Positions 1 to 13,800 of a stretch of DNA of 64,000 nt are shown here, piece after piece. The DNA is from Marsupella aquatica. Lineage: Eukaryota > Plantae > Marchantiophyta. Where the stretch lies: the NCBI GenBank assembly GCA_973895155.1, contig OZ316897.1:13205375-13269374 (forward strand), given 5' to 3'. The notes beneath the pieces were generated by a model. It made no database searches and was not told where the DNA came from. It saw only the letters and a list, made by a program, of their open reading frames with translations. How positions within the stretch are numbered: the first letter of the stretch is position 1; every line of letters starts with the position of its first letter. A program made the translations under genes and the position numbers.

Positions 1-601
1 CCATGCTAGCTTGATTGAAATTGTATTCAAACTATGATTTTCAAACTGAATCAGAGTGACATGCATACAAAATTGGGCCTACCGTCACAGTTGTACAACC
101 GATGCCAACCATAGACCAATTGCTCAAACCCACAGAGCCCAGTTTCTCAAATCCACTGTAGTAGGGCACCTTCTCCTTGCATACAAATAGAGCATCACAT
201 ACAGTGTCATCAGAATGATACTATGAACGTAAATCTTTGTGCCTTCATCATTTCCAGTATTTGTTTGCCTATTAGGAATGTGAGCAGACAGGTCTGGAAT
301 AAGTAACGTTTGTGACACCAGTGACAAATTTACAAGTGAAGTTTAGACATCAATATGGAGGAAAGTCACACTCAAAGTACATGCTTGAAAATCAGAATCC
401 TACCCTGGAAAAGATAATAAAGTTGATTTCTCAAAATTAATTGCCTCAATCCGCAATGCACTGTCGTAGAGTGTGTATACATGAGGAGTTCATCAAACTG
501 CATATAAATAGTCCACATGTTTTAGCACTCTGAAAATTGTTTAAGTCCACGTGAAACCATGAAAAAGCTCTATCTCAAGTTTGTGTTCGATCCAGCCTCA
601 A

Positions 602-1261
602 TCAAATCCAAGATATGTGGCTCCTAGCAGGAGTGCCTAGTGTAAGGTCAATGTCATGGTCAGGACAGTAAAACATCCCCTTCTTGGGCTGCCCATGCGC
701 TGAGTGATCCCAAATTGTTCGATCATGGGCAAATCCCCTCTGCTAGATAAACAGCAAGCAGTCCTTGTGCCATGCCTTAGGACACCTCATGCACTGAACC
801 AAAAAGCCATTAGCCCCATCATTGGGCCCCTGTCCACAAGTAAGACAAATATGGAGTCCACATGATGCTGTGCTAGGAACCAAACACTGCTGACAGTAAA
901 ACCGGGCACAGAGAGGGTTTGGACATTTTCTTACCTCTTCACCAATTTTTCCAGACACATGACACTTAAAGCAAGAATGTTCATCATTCTTGCAATCAAC
1001 ACAAAGCCATTCTCCAACATGGCCATCAGCCAGGGATATAGTTGGGCATAGCCATTGCTGACCCAAAGGACAGGAAACATTCTTATGGAAATGTCGGTGG
1101 CAAGGCCCATCACAAACAATGAGATCCCCTCCCTCATCACAAATCGCACATACATGTGGACTATTCTGGTTAATCTCAATGTCTGAATATAAGGACAATT
1201 GAGGTGCTTGAGAGGATTCACCTCTACAACGATTCATGGCCTTCTGCTTATTGCGAGCCAT
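602..1261 (-). pseudogene. EDM2/NSD-type composite PHD finger protein (CACTA cargo), disrupted
   Basis: CAICDEGGDLIVCDGPCHRHFH...CVDC...CFKC...CPNPLCARFY...CGLHICLTC...CMRCPKAWHKDCL. After the TAG at 743-745 and a 1-bp frameshift it continues MFYCPDHDIDLTLGTPARSHISWI* (stop 602-604). A splice acceptor lies just before the ATG at 1261. Confidence 0.8.
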
Positions 1262-3697
1262 GGTCCTGCACACTCAGACCTACATCAGATTGTGAAACAC
1301 GAAGGAATAACAGGGTGCAGCATGACACAAAGGAATGAGGGTGCAGCATAAAATATGACATGTAACCACAAGGGTGCAGCATAAACCAATGCTTTATGGA
1401 TGGCAAAGCATTTAGGGCTGAGCAGAGCCCTAACCTTGGCCTATGATTGGAAGCAATCACAAATATTGCAACCTGTATGCCTTCGCTTGTTGTACAGCAG
1501 TGCTCACTCACCCTGCCTTTTTAAAATCTGTAAGGGCAACACAGAACAAATAGCAATTGAGTTTCAGCAAAGCATTCATTTGGCTCTCAGGTTTTAAAAT
1601 GGACAAACAAACACAAGGATGTGCACAACAAAGCACAGAGAGCAACAAAACTCCAGCAAACTGGGACTCAGGCAAGAGACACGAATTTTAGCAGCAAAAT
1701 CAAATCAAGATAATTCGGACCTGTAAGTTCAACATGCAGTGCTCACTCACCCTGCCCTTTTTTAAATCTGTAAAAACCAAGTTTTATTGCGTGCCTTCTA
1801 CATCTTAAGCTGCTGCACACATCTGTTACAGAACCATAAGTTGCTTTACTCTCAACAAGCTAGCTGCTGGTCCACCCACTTTTTCAAACTGCTGGTCCAC
1901 CCACTTTTTCAAAAGCTGCACTGTACTCTATCTTCGTGCAGTCGTGGCATTACCGGGCTGCTGTCAGAGACCCTTACAAAGAATTTAAAATTGACCAAGC
2001 TGATTTTAGTTTAGTTTCGTCTAGTTTGCAGACCAAAGGAAATAATGTGGCTGTATTCATGGAGTTGTATTCATTGCTGTGTATGGATGTTGTGTGAACG
2101 TCAGATAGTTAGCTGTAAATTACCATAGTTGAAGAGCAAGGCTTGTACAAAAGCCACTGAGGAATTCTCTGAGGTGGCACAGCAGTTGGCAAACCATACA
2201 CAAAACTCTGAAACTTTTTGGCAACAGAATTCTATAGAGTCGTTGCCGGAATCCAGTGAGGATTCACCATACATGCCTGCACTTCTCTTCAATAAAAAAA
2301 AGAGAAAAGAAAAGGGCTATGATACAGAGGGATGTCAAAAGAAGAGTAAGGAAACCAATTGATTGAGGAACACAGACAGACTAAGGAAAACATCATACAA
2401 TGGAAAAATAAGGACTACATTGTAATAATAAGAGATCAAGCTCACCTTGCACCACAAAGATTGTCACGAGTCACCTCGCAGTTCCTCGCAGCTTAGGTCC
2501 AGGATGACATTTCAATATGGAGGAAAGGAGTTTACTCATTTAAAATAGAGAAGGAGTGGCATCTACAGGGACTTTGGGAGCACACTCAAAAGGTTCGCGA
2601 TACATCAGGTTATCTTTCTAGGTCAGACACTGCCAATAGAATTTTGAACACAACAAACACAGCAAACACTGCCAGATATAGAATTTTGAACACAAGGGTA
2701 CGGCATCCAGATTTGCCTAAACTCAATCAACTTAATAGCATATTTTTATGTTCAATTAGGCAGCACTAAATAGAACAGCCTTTCACGCAGTCAGAATAAT
2801 TGGCAATAATTGCCAAACGACAACAAGACAACAAACTGAGCTGAACATAGCAGACAAAACAAACTGCACTCAATAGTAGACTAATACGGCAAGTAGCAAT
2901 CAGAAATCAACAGCAGACAGACAGAGGACAACTCGGTCAAAACTCGGGCACTTGATTTAGTTGTGGTAAATAGGAGAAAGCTAAGAAACAGAGAGAGAAA
3001 AAACCATTTCTTAGCAATTGGATCTGTCTGCGATCTCCGCTGCCTGATTACAATCAAGAAGATTTTGCCAAAACAAACGATAAAGCTGAGGTGGAGTCAT
3101 TCAAAGCCCAAGTCTTGATACTTTGTCAGAAGCATGATCAATGGAGCGCTCAGCTACGGAGGCATGGGGTTTTGGAGGACGAAAGGCTTTCGCGGGCAGT
3201 GCAGGCAGCCGTTCAGGTTTGGGAAGATTTTGCCAAAACAAACAATAAAGCTTGAAGATAGTTAAATTTCTTAGGTCTCTGATAGTTAATGGAAGGTCGC
3301 AGTGGAGCCAGCATGGGACAGGGAAGGAAATGCAGGCACTTGTGATGCAATAGGCTACAGAGGGCGAGAAGGTGGACAACCAATTGAAACTCAACAAACT
3401 CAAAGAACATGTAGCGAATGGCAATAGAATAGAAGATCAGAGAACATGTAGCAAATGGAGAGGGATAGATAGAGAAAAAACATAAGCAGAGAGCTCTGGC
3501 ACACAGCAACACAGGTCCCAACACAGCACATTGCAAGTCCCAGGCTGGGGTGGAGCCGGAAGTGGAGAGCACAGAGCAACCAGGCAAATCACAACATGGG
3601 CGCCAATGGGAATAAGGTCATACCTCTTTGCAGCTCTTGACCGACCAACAGCTCCTCACCGACCAGCGCTGCTGCAACTCCTCCCTGATGTAACCTC

Positions 3698-3810
3698 TTG
3701 CAGCTCCCGTAGCTCCTCCCGCAGCTCCGAAGCTCCTCCCGCAGCTCCGAAGCTCCTCCCGCAGCTCCGAAGCTCCTCCCGCAGCTCTGCAACTCCTCCA
3801 ACAGCTCCGC
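3698..3810. repeat. 20-bp tandem repeat GCAGCTCCGAAGCTCCTCCC (~4-5 copies)
   Basis: Read directly at 3700-3790. Confidence 0.9.
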
Positions 3811-5339
3811 AGCTCCCGATGTAATACCTCCCGTAGCTGCCACAGCTCCTTCACGAACAGTGAGACTAGTTGCTGTCACTGCCTCCGATCCACGAGCTTC
3901 CACTGTTTTTGCCTTCCACAATGATAGGGGTCCCCAACGCGCGAATGCCTTCCCTTCCCTCCTGCAACTCAAACATGTGCTCGGAAGAGTGTCAAAACTC
4001 CTCCCCTCCCGCAACTCCAACCTGTGCTCCTGCAGGTCTAAATGGTGAGACCAACGCGCGAATGCCTTCCCTTCCCTCCCGCAACTCCAATCTGTGCTCC
4101 CGGGGCAAATGTGCTCGAAAGAGTGTCGCAGCTCATCCCCTCCCGCAAATCCCACCTATGCTCCCAGGGCAAATGTGCTCGCCTTCGTTCCCTGCGCTTG
4201 GTGGAATGGAGCACAAAGCTGCGCAGCCCTAAGCCCTTGCAATGTGCACACAAAGGCATGCCAAGACATAAGCACATATCGCGTTGCCCTCTCGATGTTT
4301 GTTGAGGAAAAAGGGCTCCTGTTGGTACGCAAGACCACTTGAGCGGGATAAACCTAATTGCTGGACCCCTAAACCCCGTAAAGGTAAGGTATTTTGTTGG
4401 ATGGGGATGGTGGATATTGTGGGTCATTAATTAGGGTTATTTTTTGAGACTAGTTAATAACAATGTAACAAAACCCCCCCATAAGGCCCATAGATAATAC
4501 CAACTAAATAAGTTAATAACAAGGTCGGGACGCCCCCATAAGGCCCTAGGGAAGGCACTGAAGGTAAATAGCTCATAATGTCGCAACACCCCCATAAGGT
4601 CATGGCTGTTTGTGTAGGTGCCCATAACCCGCCCCTCATTTAAACCTCCTTAATGGGAGGTGAGGGTGTTGTGGATTACATTAGTGTAATTAACTATGTA
4701 CCGGCCATGTTTTTTGGGTGATAGGTTATGTCTGCAAAAAGGACCATATGCATGAACACAATTTTGGACTACCTTATTAGTCTCACCATGACTATATGAC
4801 CTCCAATATGCCAACATTAATGGCTTCCAAGATGACAGCGTGAGTGACCCCACTTTTAGTCATTCATATTGAAGCACTATTTAATTCACAAATGACCCAA
4901 TGAACTCCCTTGTACCTCCAAAGAGAACCCCCCAATAGCCTTTGTAAGGACCACATTTCCAATCATTTGGAACTTCTTACCTGTAGTATGACAACCAAAA
5001 TGACCCTAATTTGAGGTGTTTTCATTAATGACACACCATGAGGGACCTGTCTAATGACCACAAATATGACTATAAAAATGACCCTATATGTAGTCATTGG
5101 CATTAATGACACACCATTATGTGAAAATGACCCAATGAAGAGTACATTACCTCTCGGAGTGCCCCCTTACAATTCATTTGGAATTTAATAGAATATATCC
5201 AAATCCAAATATCGGCACAAACATGACATAGTTATATAGAAGGACATAGTCTTCCACTAGTATTGCATTATATATCTCTTGGAGAGACAAAAACAATTTT
5301 TGTTTGCCGTTTGGATAGGACAGTATGCATGCAGGGTAC

Positions 5340-8300
5340 GTGACACTTTTGGCAAATCACTCCAAAGTTGTATGACTTGGGAGTGATTTCCCCAAAGTTA
5401 CATTGTGCCTAAAGTAAATGCAAAACACAGCTCCAAAGTGCTACTGGTGCAACTAGTGGTTGGAGAATGGTAAATATAGTATTTTGCACCTAGTAGAGGG
5501 GTTGTGAGCTCTATGTGGGGCCACATGGCACTCTAGGGCCCGCCTCCAACCCTTAGCCCCAAATTGGTCATTCATGCTTGTCTCCAATGACTGCACTAGG
5601 GACATCTCAAATGACTCAAAGTCCAGTCATTTGCCTTATATGACATCCCATATGACCAATTCAATGACCCTGCTTGTAGTCATTGGCAATTATGACACGA
5701 CTTTGTTAAAAAATGACCCAATGAAGGTCCTAGTACGTCAAGAAAGAGGCCGCTTTAGATTTCTTGTAAAATAGGAATATTCCTATTCCTTTAACCAACA
5801 CACATGTCCACCGTAGAGGGAAGCACCACTACCATGCCCATCCCATTGGTGTTGCACTACCTCGTTGAGGAACTAAACAAATGGCTCCATTTGCCTTAGG
5901 AACATAAGATATTCATGATCCATGTTGGTGCTTTTGGCAAATCACTCCAAAGTTGTATGACTTGGGAGTGATTTCCCCAATGTTGCATCATCCCTTAAGT
6001 AAACGCAAAAACTCACATGAGGTACGGTGCTAATGGTGCAACTAGTGGTTGGAGAATAGTAAATATAGTATTTTGCACATAGTGGAGGGGTTGCGAGCTC
6101 TATGTGGGGCCACATGGGACTCTAGGGCCCACCTTCAGCCCCTAGCCCCAAACTTGTCATTTGTGCTTCTGTTTAATGACTGCATGAAGGGCCACACAAA
6201 TGACCACAAGTCTAGTCACTTGACTTATATGACTTCCCATATGACAGTTTTAATGACTTGACTTTTGGTCATTTGCATTTATGACAAGTCATTGGTCACA
6301 TATGACCCAATAAAGGCCCTAGTACCTCCAAAGAGAACCCGCAATTGCAAGGTTGGAATATTCCTCTTCCCTAAACCCGCACCCACACCATACTGAGAAG
6401 CACGATTCCCCTGCCCATTCCATTGGTGCAGCACCACCTCTTGGAGAACCAAAAAACAAGTTTTATTTGCCTTTGGATGTGATGGTGTGCATGCATGGAC
6501 ACACTTTTGGCAAATCACTCCAAAGTCATATGACTTGGGAGTGATTTCCCCAAAGGTGCATCATGCCTTAAGTAAACACCAAAACATGTGTCCAAAGTGT
6601 TTATGTTGCAACTAGTGGTTGGACAATGATGAGTATTATAGTGTCCCGCACCCAGTGGAGGGGTTCTCACCTCTATGTGGGGCCCAATCGCACTCTAGGG
6701 CCCACCTCCAGCCCCTAGCCCCAAACTGGTCATTAGTGCTTGTGTTTAATGACTGCATGAGGGACCACACAAATGACCACAAGTCCAGTCACTTGACTTA
6801 TATGACAGTCCATGTGACAAATTTAATGACCCTACTTGTAGTCATTGGTATTTATGACGGGCCATTGCTCACATATGACCCAATAAAGGCCCTAGTATCT
6901 CCAAAGAGAGCCAACTTTAGATTCCTTGCAAGGTTGGAATATTCCTCTTCCCTAAACCCGCACCCACACCATACTGAGAAGCACGACTCCCCTGCCCATT
7001 CCATTGGTGCAGCACCACCTCTTGGAGAACCAAAAAACAAGTTTTATTTGCCTTTGGATGTGATGGTGTGCATGCATGGACACACTTTTGGCAAATCACT
7101 CCAAAGTCATATGACTTGGGAGTGATTTCCCCAAAGGTGCATCATGCCTTAAGTAAATGCCAAAACATGTGTCCAAAGTGCTTATGTTGCAACTAGTGAT
7201 TGGACAATGATGAGTATAGTGTCCCGCACCCAGTGGAGGGGTTCTCACCTCTATGTGGGGCCCAATCGCACTCTAGGGCCCACCTCCAGCCCCTAGCCCC
7301 AAACTGGTCATTAGTGCTTATGTTTAATGACTGCATGAGGGACCACACAAATGACCACAAGTCCAGTCACTTGACTTATATGACAGTCCATGTGACAAAT
7401 TTAATGACCCTACTTGTAGTCATTGGTATTTATGACGGGCCATTGCTCACATATGACCCAATAAAGGCCCTAGTATCTCCAAAGAGAGCCAACTTTAGAT
7501 TCCTTGCAAGGTTGGAATATTCCTCTTCCCTAAACCCGCACCCACACCATACTGAGAAGCACGACTCCCCTGCCCATTCCATTGGTGCAGCACCACCTCT
7601 TGGAGAACCAAAAAACAAGTTTTATTTGCCTTTGGATGTGATGGTGTGCATGCATGGACACACTTTTGGCAAATCACTCCAAAGTCATATGACTTGGGAG
7701 TGATTTCCCCAAAGGTGCATCATGCCTTAAGTAAACGCCAAAACATGTGTCCAAAGTGCTTATGTTGCAACTAGTGGTTGGACAATGATGAGTATAGTGT
7801 CCCGCACCCAGTGGAGGGGTTCTCACCTCTATGTGGGGCCCAATCGCACGCTAGGGCCCACCTCCAGCCCCTAGCCCCAAACTGGTCATTAGTGCTTGTG
7901 TTTAATGACTGCATGAGGGACCACACAAATGACCACAAGTCCAGTCACTTGACTTATATGACAGTCCATGTGACAAATTTAATGACCCTACTTGTAGTCA
8001 TTGGTATTTATGACGGGCCATTGCTCACATATGACCCAATAAAGGCCCTAGTATCTCCAAAGAGAGCCAACTTTAGATTCCTTGCAAGGTTGGAATATTC
8101 CTCTTCCCTAAACCCGCACCCACACCATACTGAGAAGCACGACTCCCCTGCCCATTCCATTGGTGCAGCACCACCTCTTGGAGAACCAAAAAACAAGTTT
8201 TATTTGCCTTTGGATGTGATGGTGTGCATGCATGGACACACTTTTGGCAAATCACTCCAAAGTCATATGACTTGGGAGTGATTTCCCCAAAGGTGCATCA

Positions 8301-9560
8301 TGCCTTAAGTAAACACCAAAACATGTGTCCAAAGTGTTTATGTTGCAACTAGTGGTTGGACAATGATGAGTATTATAGTGTCCCGCACCCAGTGGAGGGG
8401 TTCTCACCTCTATGTGGGGCCCAATCGCACTCTAGGGCCCACCTCCAGCCCCTAGCCCCAAACTGGTCATTAGTGCTTGTGTTTAATGACTGCATGAGGG
8501 ACCACACAAATGACCACAAGTCCAGTCACTTGACTTATATGACAGTCCATGTGACAAATTTAATGACCCTACTTGTAGTCATTGGTATTTATGACGGGCC
8601 ATTGCTCACATATGACCCAATAAAGGCCCTAGTATCTCCAAAGAGAGCCAACTTTAGATTCCTTGCAAGGTTGGAATATTCCTCTTCCCTAAACCCGCAC
8701 CCACACCATACTGAGAAGCACGACTCCCCTGCCCATTCCATTGGTGCAACACCACCTCTTGGAGAACCAAAAAACAAGTTTTATTTGCCTTTGGATGTGA
8801 TGGTATGCATGCACGGTGACACTTTTGGCAAATCACTCCAAAGTCATACGACTTGGGAGTGATTTCCCCAAAGGTGCATCATGCCTTAAGTAAATGCCAA
8901 AACATGTGTCCAAAGTGCTTACGTCGCAACTAGTGGTTGGACAATGATGAGTATAGTGTCCCGCACCCAGTGGAGGGGTTCTCACCTCTATGTGGGGCCC
9001 CATCGCACTCTAGGGCCCACCTCCAACCCCTAGCCCCAAACTGGTCATTAGTGCTTGTGTTTAATGACTGCATGAGGGACCACACAAATGACCACAAGTC
9101 TAGTCACTTGACTTATATGACAGTCCATATGACAAATTTAATGACCCTACTTGTAGTCATTGGTATTTGTGATGCAAATGTTTTTAGAAATGACCCAATA
9201 AAGATTACACTAGCTCCTTGAATGCCCCATCACTATTCATTTGCAAATTAAAATATTGCCCATCCAAACATTGGCACAAACATGACACAATTACAACAAA
9301 GGATGACAAACTTCCATTGGTATTGCCCTACTTCTTGGAGAGACAAAAAGACTTCATTTGCCTTTGGATACGATAGTATGCATCTATATATGGTAACACT
9401 TCTGGCAAATCACTCCAAAGGTGTATATCTTGAGAGTGATTTCCCCAAAGCTAGGTGCATCACGCCTTAAGTAAATGCAAGACATGTGTTCAAATTGCTA
9501 ATGCCGCAACCAGTGGGAGGACAATGATGAGTATTGTGTCCCGCATTTAGTGGAAGGGTT
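5340..9560. repeat. ~578-581-bp tandem repeat, ~7 units, inside the CACTA #1 subterminal region
   Basis: Anchor GGCAAATCACTCCAAAG recurs at about 5351, 5936, 6509, 7090, 7668, 8246, 8827 and 9405. Central units are nearly identical. Confidence 0.95.
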
Positions 9561-9644
9561 ATCAACTATATCAATGACTCTACAATTATGATCGATGTAT
9601 GGAATAACTACTGAGTATTTTAATCTTCATATCTCTTGGGTTCT

Positions 9645-10165
9645 TTAATGACTCTATAAGTAGTCATTTATGCAATAAGTCCATAATGACTGTATGTTAT
9701 TGTAAACATTGATATATCATGATTTTTAGATTGACCCTATATTTAGTCATTTATGCGACAAGTCCATAATGACAGTATGTTGTTGTCAACACTGATATTT
9801 CCTAGTTTCAGTATTGACTATGGAGTTAGTCATTTATGAGAGAAGTCCATATTAATGACAGTATGTTCTTGTAAATACTGATATGTCCTAATTTCAAGAT
9901 TGACCCTAGAGTTAGTCATTTATGAAAGAAGTCCATAATGACGGTATGCTATTGTAAACACTGATATGTCCTAATTTCAAGATTGACCCTAGAGTTAGTC
10001 ATTTATGAAAGAAGTCCATAATGACGGTATGCTATTGTAAACACTGATATGTCCTAATTTCAAGATTGACCCTAGAGTTAGTCATTTATGAAAGAAGTCC
10101 ATAATGACAGTATGCTATTATAAACACTGATATATTCTCATTTTCAGATTGACCCTATGTTTTGT
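9645..10165. repeat. 83-bp tandem repeat (~6 units) carrying GTCATT/AATGAC subterminal motifs
   Basis: TGACCCTA-like anchor at 9732, 9815, 9901, 9984, 10067 and 10150. Confidence 0.9.
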
Positions 10166-10800
10166 CATTTAACACCGTTGGTTAAAATGACGGAAATACA
10201 TTTTTTGTCATTTATCACCGTTGACCAAAATGACCCAAATAAATTTTTGGTCATTTCAATCATTGTCCAGAGTGACTATAATGGTGCTAAACATTGATTT
10301 ATCATTGTTATTATTAATTGCGTCATTTAAGACATGTGTCTAAATTGACCATTTAGGGAAATTGGGTCATTTTGGTCACATCAGTCATTACAAACATTAT
10401 ACAAAATGACGCAAAAGTTAACATTTTGTCATTTCAGTCTATTGGTCATTTTGGACAGTCATTCTCTTGTCATTATTTTTGTGTCATTAGAAATTTTGGT
10501 CATTTATTCATCTCCGTCATTGGGTGATTGGTCATAAAGGGCCCTGTTTTCTTCTAGTGCATCAACTATGATGTACATGTTGATGACAGAACATAAACCC
10601 AAGTATGTTGATGACAGAACATCAACTACGATGTACATGTTGATGACAGAACATCAACCATTACTTGCACGTGGATGGAGATGTCAGTCGCATATCAGTG
10701 CATGTCAAAACATAACTCAGGATACAACTATTGTTCAAGATAGGTTGACTTTATTATTGGTCTTGGCATGACAAGTGCGTCGGCGAACACACAATTTAGG

Positions 10801-13800
10801 CTACCATTCATACCCCATAGCATAAAAAGGGTGAAACACCATTGTGTCAAACTGTGGGAGGGGACAATCAACCATTACACCATTATATGGAAAATTCATT
10901 GTATTGAGAGTTGCCAACAGGCAGTTCACTTTACATACGAAATGCTTACACGAAGGCTACCTTGGACACAGGATCACATTTCAGGAGAGGGAACTTGCAA
11001 ATGTCATCTAGAGGCCCAATGCTTGGACAAGTCTGTCCCGAGGCTTTCTGAATTTGAAGATTGATGAGGGTACGGCGATTTGCAAGTAGGCAGTCGACAT
11101 GCCTTGGTAGAATTGGGATGCCATCCAGGCCCACCCACACAAAAAGGTACCCCGGCCATGGATGATTTGCATGAATAGGTAAAAAAGGCACAACAATTTT
11201 CCTGCGCCACAAAACATAAACCATTACACATATGGCTAGGACATATGCAAAACATGAATCAAGTGTTGAGCAGATTGTTACGAGCAAAGGGTGATTACCT
11301 TGTGTGATAAACCCAGTGCCAAATTTGAATGTTGCTGAAGGTCTTGCGCCTCGCAGCATGTAAAGGCAACCAGGTGTTCCTACTGTATTTGCCTCCAACA
11401 TTATAGGTGTCGATGAATGGAATACTAACCCCATCCACAACTAAGTCTGAATAGGGAGGAATAATTTTGGTCAGGTTTTCAACGTGATGTGTTATGATGT
11501 TGCCCAATTCTTGGGTCCATCTCATCTTAGTCCATGATTCTAGACCAGGTAGGGGTGCACTGGTGTGTTCTTCATTGAGGAAAGACACCTTCTTTGTCTT
11601 CTTTGGGTGTTTTTTGTGACCAGGCACCTTTTTCCTGCTAATGTGTTGTTGCTTTTCCCTTCCCTGCAAGAACATCACGCATGACATTCAATGAATTAGG
11701 GAATATAATCACCCTATTCATTAAAACTGGAATTTCTCTAGTCCAAAAGTTGACGTTTAAATCTATTATTTTACACCCCAAAATTCTATAACTTTGTCCC
11801 CAAAATCATACATTTTCGTGGCCAAATGTACACTTTTTAAAGTCTAAATTTACAATTGTAATGCTCAAATTATTAAATAACTAAGTTATTAATTATAAAT
11901 ATTATTAATTATAAATATAAACAGATAAAAATACAGAATAAGACAATATTAGTTTGACAATACAATAAATTCAAATGATAACATTAAAAATGACACACTC
12001 TAACCAAGGGTCATGAACACGGAACTCCAGGAAAACAAGTGATGTATTATAAAAATATATAAAACCTATTTTTACAGGGTCGAGATCACGTTGACCCCTA
12101 TGTAGGGTCCAGATGGTTCTGACCGGTTGTTGAATGCATATCTGTAAAAATCTATATGGTGACCATCTCGACCCAAATGGAGGGTTCACATAATTTTGAC
12201 CCGTTGTTGAATGTATATCTTTAACTTACTATTCTTTCTGTACAGGGTTAAGCCCCGAATAGACTAACCTTTTTATGAGTATATATCTATAAGTAAAACC
12301 CTATTTCTTCAGTAGAGGGTTGAGAACATTTAGACCCAAATGGATGTTACGGTAAGCTTCACGCTTTCTTGCAAACATATACCCCTAACTAATAATCAGT
12401 GTTTGGTGTAGGGTCGAGATCATCTAGACCCAAATCTCATGATCCTCCTCCCCGCAAAATTCATTTGAGCAAGTAAATCTAGACCCTGACGGGTCATATT
12501 TCATATCGCGATTGCAGAAATCCAGAGGATTTCTATTCCAAAACTTAGTCGTGAGGTCTCTAGTCCTCAGAACTTCCAAAACAAATGCCAGATGATCGTC
12601 TCTATAGGGTCCTGTATACTGATCCCCAATTAATATCCTTATAAGGTCCTCGATCGCCTCCTCCGTCAATTCCTCAATTGGTGGCAATTGTTGCACTTCA
12701 TTCTTGATATCCCAGGGAATTTCGTCCGCTGTAACATCCAAGACTATATGGATAACATTGGGAACCCATACCATACTACCCCACCTCTCCGACAACAGAG
12801 CATAAATGGCAGCCTGTTGATCCCTGTCCGATAAAACATTGATCATAGACCACTTTGGGTGATTGATAAATAGGTAGTGTTGAAGATTGAAGGCATGATA
12901 CAATTTCCTCAGTAGAGGCCACAGTATTTTGGGAAAGAACGTATCATCCGTGGAGTGATGCGAAAATGAAGAAGGGAACAACCCACAATTCTCTGGATTT
13001 GCAAACGCCTTCATTGGAGAGTCATCAAGGAGGAGTGTATTAATCTCATCGTATAATAAACCATAACGTTTCCAAACAACCCTCAAATCCTTCAAAATAA
13101 TATTTGCCTTTCCTTCGGTGACGTTAGGCCTCTGGATTCCAGTGTCAAATGTATCTTCTTGCGTCAGAATAAACTTGAATTGCTCCTGCTCTTCTTGAGT
13201 GAAGATCAAATGAATCATTTCATTTGCCCTGGGCTTTCTCGCACAAGTCCAGATGGCAACATCAAATATAGCAAAAGCTGCGATTAAGAACTCGTGAAGA
13301 TGGGGACGCTCAACATACATAAAGTTAAATCCTCCACGTCTCCCCCAATGAACACCCTTGACACTTGTGGCACTTCGGCGCGGTCCAGGACTCGGAGTTC
13401 TAACAGAATCCCAACACATTTTGTTGAGGTCAAGAATCAATAGCTTCCGTCTGATTGGACCGTGAAGTGGAGGCAAGGGTCCTGCAAACAAGAGACACCT
13501 ATATTAGAATTGTGTGAGATAGAATAAAGGTAGGCTAGAGATGATCTCGAGCATGAAAAGTAAATGAACAACAGTGCGCGACAAACCTGCAATTGGCTGA
13601 AGGGCAGATGTCAAAGAATGTGGAAAGCTTCGGAGACTATTGTCGACGCAATCCACAACTGGTAATGGCCCGCCTATCTCTGTGAAGGTAGACATAATAA
13701 TTTAGATGGCTGAATTTGAGGACTGAAGGTAGCTTGGGTTTCAATGTCACTTGCTGAAAGACCCAAATTCATCTAGAAGGTTATCTCCTAATTGGTTTTG

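Larger units (their letters stand above)
1..10559 (-). mobile_element. CACTA/EnSpm DNA transposon #1, one terminus plus cargo region (continues beyond window start)
   Basis: Ends ...GCCCTGTTTTCTTCTAGTG at 10559 (revcomp CACTAGAAGAAAACAGGGCCCTTTATGACC). Dense AATGAC/GTCATT subterminal motifs. 1618-1708 is near-identical in reverse complement to 30620-30710 of CACTA #2, and both elements carry the PHD cargo. Predicted TSD CAT (10560-10562). Confidence 0.85.

Noticed and set aside
3531-4427. Cluster of overlapping ORFs
   Set aside because: They arise from GC-rich short repeats in the CACTA leader region and have no domain signal.
6619-8862. Four near-identical 167-168 aa ORFs
   Set aside because: They are by-products of the 578-bp repeat: TTG starts, no domain, and the frame is broken in flanking units.
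9645-10165. Regular repeats as a CRISPR-like array (also 20310-20605)
   Set aside because: Whole units repeat with no unique spacers, there are no cas genes, and the context is eukaryotic.
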